DNA of 64,000 nucleotides from Escherichia coli (GTDB lineage Bacteria; Pseudomonadota; Gammaproteobacteria; Enterobacterales; Enterobacteriaceae): NCBI RefSeq assembly GCF_048403405.1, contig NZ_CP183129.1; one strand, 5' to 3'. Shown piece by piece: positions 60,151 to 64,000 of this stretch (position 1 is its first letter; each line of letters starts with the position of its first letter). The notes under the pieces were generated by a model. It saw only the letters and a program-made list of their open reading frames with translations, ran no database searches and was not told where the DNA came from. The position numbers and the translations under genes were made by a program.

Positions 60151-60774
60151 TTACGCCGGTTTCAGGTCAGGTTCAATCAGACTGTAGATCTGCTTGTTGA
60201 GTGCTGGCGCGTTTGCCAGTTCATGAATGTGTGCAGCGACATCGGCACGGTGAACAAAACCATGACACTCCTGATTTTGTATCCGTTGTGCTTTGCCCGT
60301 TGCCGCCCCATCAAGCAGACCGCCAGGGCGGAGAATGGCGTAATCAAGCTGGCTGGTTTGCAACCAGCTTTCCGCCAGCGTTTTTTCCCGTACCGCCTGA
60401 CCAAACGCAGCCTTTGCCCGCTCCGATAAAAACGGCCAGCTATCGCCGCATCCCAAAGAGGTCACCAGAATCATGCGACTAATGCCGGCCTTTTCGGCCT
60501 CATCAATCACTGTTCTGTGCGCCAGATAATCCTGAGCTCCTCCCATTGTTGAGATGATAAGCGCATCCGGGCCAGCTGCGTGGCAAGCAGCCGCAACTAC
60601 GCTGGCATCACAGGCGTCGCCTGTAAAAACCTGTACGCCTTGTTGCGCCAGTTTCGTGGCGGCATCGGCATGACGAACGACAGCAACGACCGGACGTTGT
60701 TCCGCCAGCGCCAGTTCAAGCGTTCTGGCACCCACACCTTTTCCGCCTGCGCCAAAGAGTAGCCACGGCGTCAT
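60151..60774 (-). CDS. chuY: NAD(P)-binding anaerobilin reductase-like protein ChuY
   Basis: 207-aa ORF with N-terminal GAGGKGVG Rossmann motif; position in chu operon. Confidence 0.85.
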   Translation of the reverse strand: MTPWLLFGAGGKGVGARTLELALAEQRPVVAVVRHADAATKLAQQGVQVFTGDACDASVVAAACHAAGPDALIISTMGGAQDYLAHRTVIDEAEKAGISRMILVTSLGCGDSWPFLSERAKAAFGQAVREKTLAESWLQTSQLDYAILRPGGLLDGAATGKAQRIQNQECHGFVHRADVAAHIHELANAPALNKQIYSLIEPDLKPA

Positions 60775-61268
60775 CAGGCGTGTTCCTTTAACGATGCCGC
60801 CAGAGCATGGAAAGCGTTGACCTGTTCGCTCAGGAGCTGACGATGGTCATCCCTGCCGAGGAAGATTTTCAGCATGGCGCTGCCTTCCTTATTGAAAAAG
60901 AGAATAGAGGCGGTGTCCATGCCCATAAATTTACGTTCGATCAAGGCAATATGTGTGCAGTTTTCTGCTTTGATATGCCCGGACATGCCGTGCTTTCCGC
61001 GTAGGTTGAAATAGCCGTGGCGGTGGAAACCCGAAGGCAGTTCGCCGCTAAATTCGAGGATTACATCGGCAGTATGTACTAACGTGGTGACGTTGCCCCA
61101 TTCGCAGACGGTATCCCAGACAGTATCGAATTTATCGCCTGACACTATGGTAGAGGAGGGCAGATTTTTCACTACTTCCAGCAGTGTGGTGTTGTATTGT
61201 TCGGCTACCACCTCCAGCGTACCGTCCGGCTCCGTTTTCAAAAATTCTTGTAACGAGACATGGCTCAT
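60774..61268 (-). CDS. chuX: Heme-binding protein ChuX (HutX family)
   Basis: 164-aa ORF; 1-nt stop/start overlap with chuY. Confidence 0.85.
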   Translation of the reverse strand: MSHVSLQEFLKTEPDGTLEVVAEQYNTTLLEVVKNLPSSTIVSGDKFDTVWDTVCEWGNVTTLVHTADVILEFSGELPSGFHRHGYFNLRGKHGMSGHIKAENCTHIALIERKFMGMDTASILFFNKEGSAMLKIFLGRDDHRQLLSEQVNAFHALAASLKEHA

Positions 61269-61280
61269 AAATCACTCCTG

Positions 61281-62618
61281 TTATGGTTTTTCACGCACAA
61301 TCGCTGGCGCATTAAGTACCTGAATTAGTTCATTAAGAGACTGCAAAATATTGCTTGCCCAGAAACGACCTTCATTAGTCAGCCGCAGGCAAGTTGACGC
61401 ATCGCGACTTAAGCCTTTTTGGTGCCATTGAGCCAGTAACGGCGCGAGTTTTTCGGCATGTGGCGTAAGTTCATCCAGCGGTACACGCGCTGTTTCAACA
61501 CCTGACTGCAAGGTATGACGCCATTGCGCATCACGTTCGGCGTTACGCATGATCATCATCAGCGGTTTTTTGCCTGCCGCGACGGATTCATGCCAGGTCT
61601 GAAGATTGCGTTCGTTCATCCAGGAGTAACCATTAATCGAACCGCCGGCTCCGGAACCAAAGGCCAGACAATCGGCACCTTGTTTAATCAGCAGGTTATA
61701 GAGATTGCGTTCGCGTGTGGTACGGCCCCAGTGGCTGTTACTGATGCAGCGCCAACCGGCTTCGTCCATGAAGTCACACCCTTGCAGATAAAGATCGCGA
61801 CGTTCTGCCGGAGAGGGCACGGTAGTGCGCCCATTTTCCACGGCTTTGCCCAGCGGTGTATTGGGCAGGACATTGAGCGCATAGAGATCGACGCCGTCGA
61901 GACCGATATCGCGAGCAATAGCCAGATCTTCTCCCCAGGTTTGCGCATCCTGACCCGGCAGGCCAAACAGCAGGTCACAGACCACCGCAGCACGGTCGCG
62001 TTTGACCAGGCTTTCCATAAACGCAATGGCGGTTGGGCCATCCGAGGTGCGGGCCATTTTCTTACGGATTTTGCTGTTAAACGACTGAATACCAATTGAG
62101 AAGCGGTTTGCTCCTGCATCAAGGCAAGCATCGATTCGCTCAGCGTCAAAATTCAGTACCCGGCCTTCGATAGTGATTTCACAATCAGGGGCCAGTGGCA
62201 GCTTTTCTCGTAATATATTGATAATTCTGGCTAAATCGTGTGCAGAAAGCGCGGAAGGCGTGCCGCCACCGAAATAGACCGCGTGGATGGGGGCAGACTG
62301 ATGCAATACGCTGTCCGCTTCCATTTCTATTTCACGAATCAGGGCGTCGGTATAATGAGCACACGCATCCTCATTAAAACGGTTCTGATAAAAACCACAA
62401 AACGTGCAGTGTGTCGCACAAAAAGGAATGTGTAGATAAACCAGTCGCTTACGTGGTGATACCGTTTGATTGATCATCTCTTGCCAGGTCTGTGCCAGTT
62501 GCTCTTTGGCAACCGGAATGGCTCCACGAAACGGCATCATGGCGCGCCTGTCTTTAAATGGCTGATCACCGTCTAAAGCAAAATGTGGCGTGAGATCCAG
62601 GGTGTTATTTGCGTTCAT
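61281..62618 (-). CDS. chuW: Radical SAM heme-degrading methyltransferase ChuW (HemN-like)
   Basis: 445-aa ORF with radical SAM CxxxCxxC motif (CATHCTFC). Confidence 0.88.
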   Translation of the reverse strand: MNANNTLDLTPHFALDGDQPFKDRRAMMPFRGAIPVAKEQLAQTWQEMINQTVSPRKRLVYLHIPFCATHCTFCGFYQNRFNEDACAHYTDALIREIEMEADSVLHQSAPIHAVYFGGGTPSALSAHDLARIINILREKLPLAPDCEITIEGRVLNFDAERIDACLDAGANRFSIGIQSFNSKIRKKMARTSDGPTAIAFMESLVKRDRAAVVCDLLFGLPGQDAQTWGEDLAIARDIGLDGVDLYALNVLPNTPLGKAVENGRTTVPSPAERRDLYLQGCDFMDEAGWRCISNSHWGRTTRERNLYNLLIKQGADCLAFGSGAGGSINGYSWMNERNLQTWHESVAAGKKPLMMIMRNAERDAQWRHTLQSGVETARVPLDELTPHAEKLAPLLAQWHQKGLSRDASTCLRLTNEGRFWASNILQSLNELIQVLNAPAIVREKP

Positions 62619-62637
62619 TCGTCTGATTTAAATCCAT

Positions 62638-63552
62638 TTATTGCGGCCAAAGCTGCTGGTGTAAAGACTCAACGACATCAGCAATACGCGGACCCATTCC
62701 CAGAATCAGGTTTTGATCAACGGTGATAATGCGCTGGTTTTTCCATGCGGCAGTGTGGGTAATTCCGGCAATAGAACGTAGCCGATTAATATCGCCATCG
62801 ACCATTTGTGAGGTTACGACAATCACTTCTGGATTGGCCGCAATCAGTGATTCTGCACTGTAGCTTTTGTACTGCTGGTGGGTTGCGACGTTTTCTGCTC
62901 CGGCAAGCGAAAGAATGGCGTCCGCGACGCTGCCTTTACCGGCAACCTGTGGCGCACTTCCGCCTGCGGAGAGAATAAACATGGCTTTAACCGGGGCTTT
63001 TTTGGCCGCCACGTTTTGCTGTACTCGCTCCAGGCGTTGGTTGATCTGTGTCACCAGCGCCTCGCCTTGTTCAGGAACCTGTAGCGTTTTTGCCAGTTGG
63101 CGAATGTTGGCGTACATCTGCTCAAGGGTGGCAGGCACACGCGGCAGGGTAACGACGTTGACTTTCTGCGCCCGCAGCTGGTCGAGCACAATTTGTGGCC
63201 CGGCATCCTGCCAGGTAATTACGCTATCCGGGCGAAGTGACAAAATGCCTTCGCTGCTGAGTTGTTTCCAGTAGCCAATATGCGGCAGTTTGGCGGTTTC
63301 TGGTGGGTAAGATGTCGTTTCATCGACACCAACCACGCGTTCGCCAGCGCCCATCGCGTAGATTAGCTCCGTCAGCGATCCTCCTGCGACCACGATACGT
63401 TCGGCAGCCGTTACGCTAAAAGCCCAGCTAAGAGCCAGTACTGCCGTAAACAATTTTTTTCGTTTTACCGCGGTCTTCGCGGCAGAGGCCACGGCTGAAA
63501 TACATAACGTCAGTGGGGAAAAAAGAAACGGCCTGGTGATGATCCTTGGCAT
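62638..63552 (-). CDS. chuT: Periplasmic hemin-binding protein ChuT (ShuT)
   Basis: Class III SBP-like ORF; start placed at ATG 63552 because the longer ORF to 63630 would run through a Fur-box-like sequence; start not certain. Confidence 0.8.
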   Translation of the reverse strand: MPRIITRPFLFSPLTLCISAVASAAKTAVKRKKLFTAVLALSWAFSVTAAERIVVAGGSLTELIYAMGAGERVVGVDETTSYPPETAKLPHIGYWKQLSSEGILSLRPDSVITWQDAGPQIVLDQLRAQKVNVVTLPRVPATLEQMYANIRQLAKTLQVPEQGEALVTQINQRLERVQQNVAAKKAPVKAMFILSAGGSAPQVAGKGSVADAILSLAGAENVATHQQYKSYSAESLIAANPEVIVVTSQMVDGDINRLRSIAGITHTAAWKNQRIITVDQNLILGMGPRIADVVESLHQQLWPQ

Positions 63553-63578
63553 AATATGAGAACTCTTATCAAGTTGAG

Positions 63579-63597
63579 AATGATCATGATTATCATT
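63579..63597. promoter_or_regulatory. Fur-box-like operator upstream of chuT (aatgatcatgattatcatt)
   Basis: Near-palindromic match to the GATAATGATAATCATTATC Fur consensus, 27 bp upstream of the proposed chuT ATG. Confidence 0.65.
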
Positions 63598-63924
63598 TGA
63601 GTTATATATGAAATACAACCGTCGATTCAATACGCACGGCGTTACAAGCGTATTTATTTTTGATTTTTATCAAGATGCTTCGTCAGCTAACGTTCTTGTT
63701 ACCGACTAAATTTCAGCGCGGGAAAAAGCTGAGAACCCAGAGATATCAAGGCTTGCAGAGCAAAGCGAAGAGAAAATTATCACTGTTAACGACAAAGTTT
63801 AGTGATGAGGTCATGGGGGAATAACCATAAAAACAAAGTGGTTTCCAGGGCGCAGGATAAGTTTCATAACCCCCTGTTTATTGTGTTAATGGCGGTTAAA
63901 AAAAAGCTTGATCATAAAAAATTG

Positions 63925-63943
63925 ATCGATAATAATTCTCATT
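63925..63943. promoter_or_regulatory. Second Fur-box-like operator (gataataattctcattatc), probably for the divergent heme gene beyond the window
   Basis: Strong match to the Fur consensus in the AT-rich region at the window end. Confidence 0.55.
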
Positions 63944-64000
63944 ATCACGTTTGTATTTAACAAAATACGGCCATATGGATAACAAAGCCATATCATTTAC

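Noticed and set aside
62638-63630. Longest-ORF start for chuT at 63630 (330 aa)
   Set aside because: The extension would be translated through a Fur-box-like operator (63579-63597) and adds a non-signal-peptide N-terminus; ATG 63552 is more plausible.

Overview
The window is a contiguous enterobacterial (Escherichia coli / Shigella-type) chromosomal segment whose gene order matches the E. coli K-12 yhjX-to-yhiD region in inverted orientation, recognised from the translated ORFs and from memory without any database search. In order it carries yhjX (5' partial), eptB, tRNA-Pro(CGG), dppABCDF, yhjV, a tandem ldr/rdl type I toxin-antitoxin array, the divergent cellulose clusters bcsGFE and bcsRQABZC, pdeK, dctA, yhjJ, kdgK, pdeH, yhjG, yhjE, yhjD, yhjC, yhjB, treF, yhjA, the acid-fitness island (gadA, gadX, gadY, gadW, mdtFE, gadE, hdeD, hdeAB, yhiD) and the start of a chu/shu-type heme uptake locus (chuVUYXWT). 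I did not find an uncharacterised gene system: every ORF of substantial size is either a recognisable gene or antisense to one. The notable signals are lineage-specific lesions and repeats: a complete IS1 with perfect 9-bp target duplications inside gadX, apparent homopolymer frameshifts in gadW and bcsA, a 168-bp tandem repeat that reiterates the tRNA-Pro 3' end and its terminator, and three tandem 483-bp ldr units. Most other gene lengths match the intact K-12 proteins, so the lesions stand out against a conserved background.
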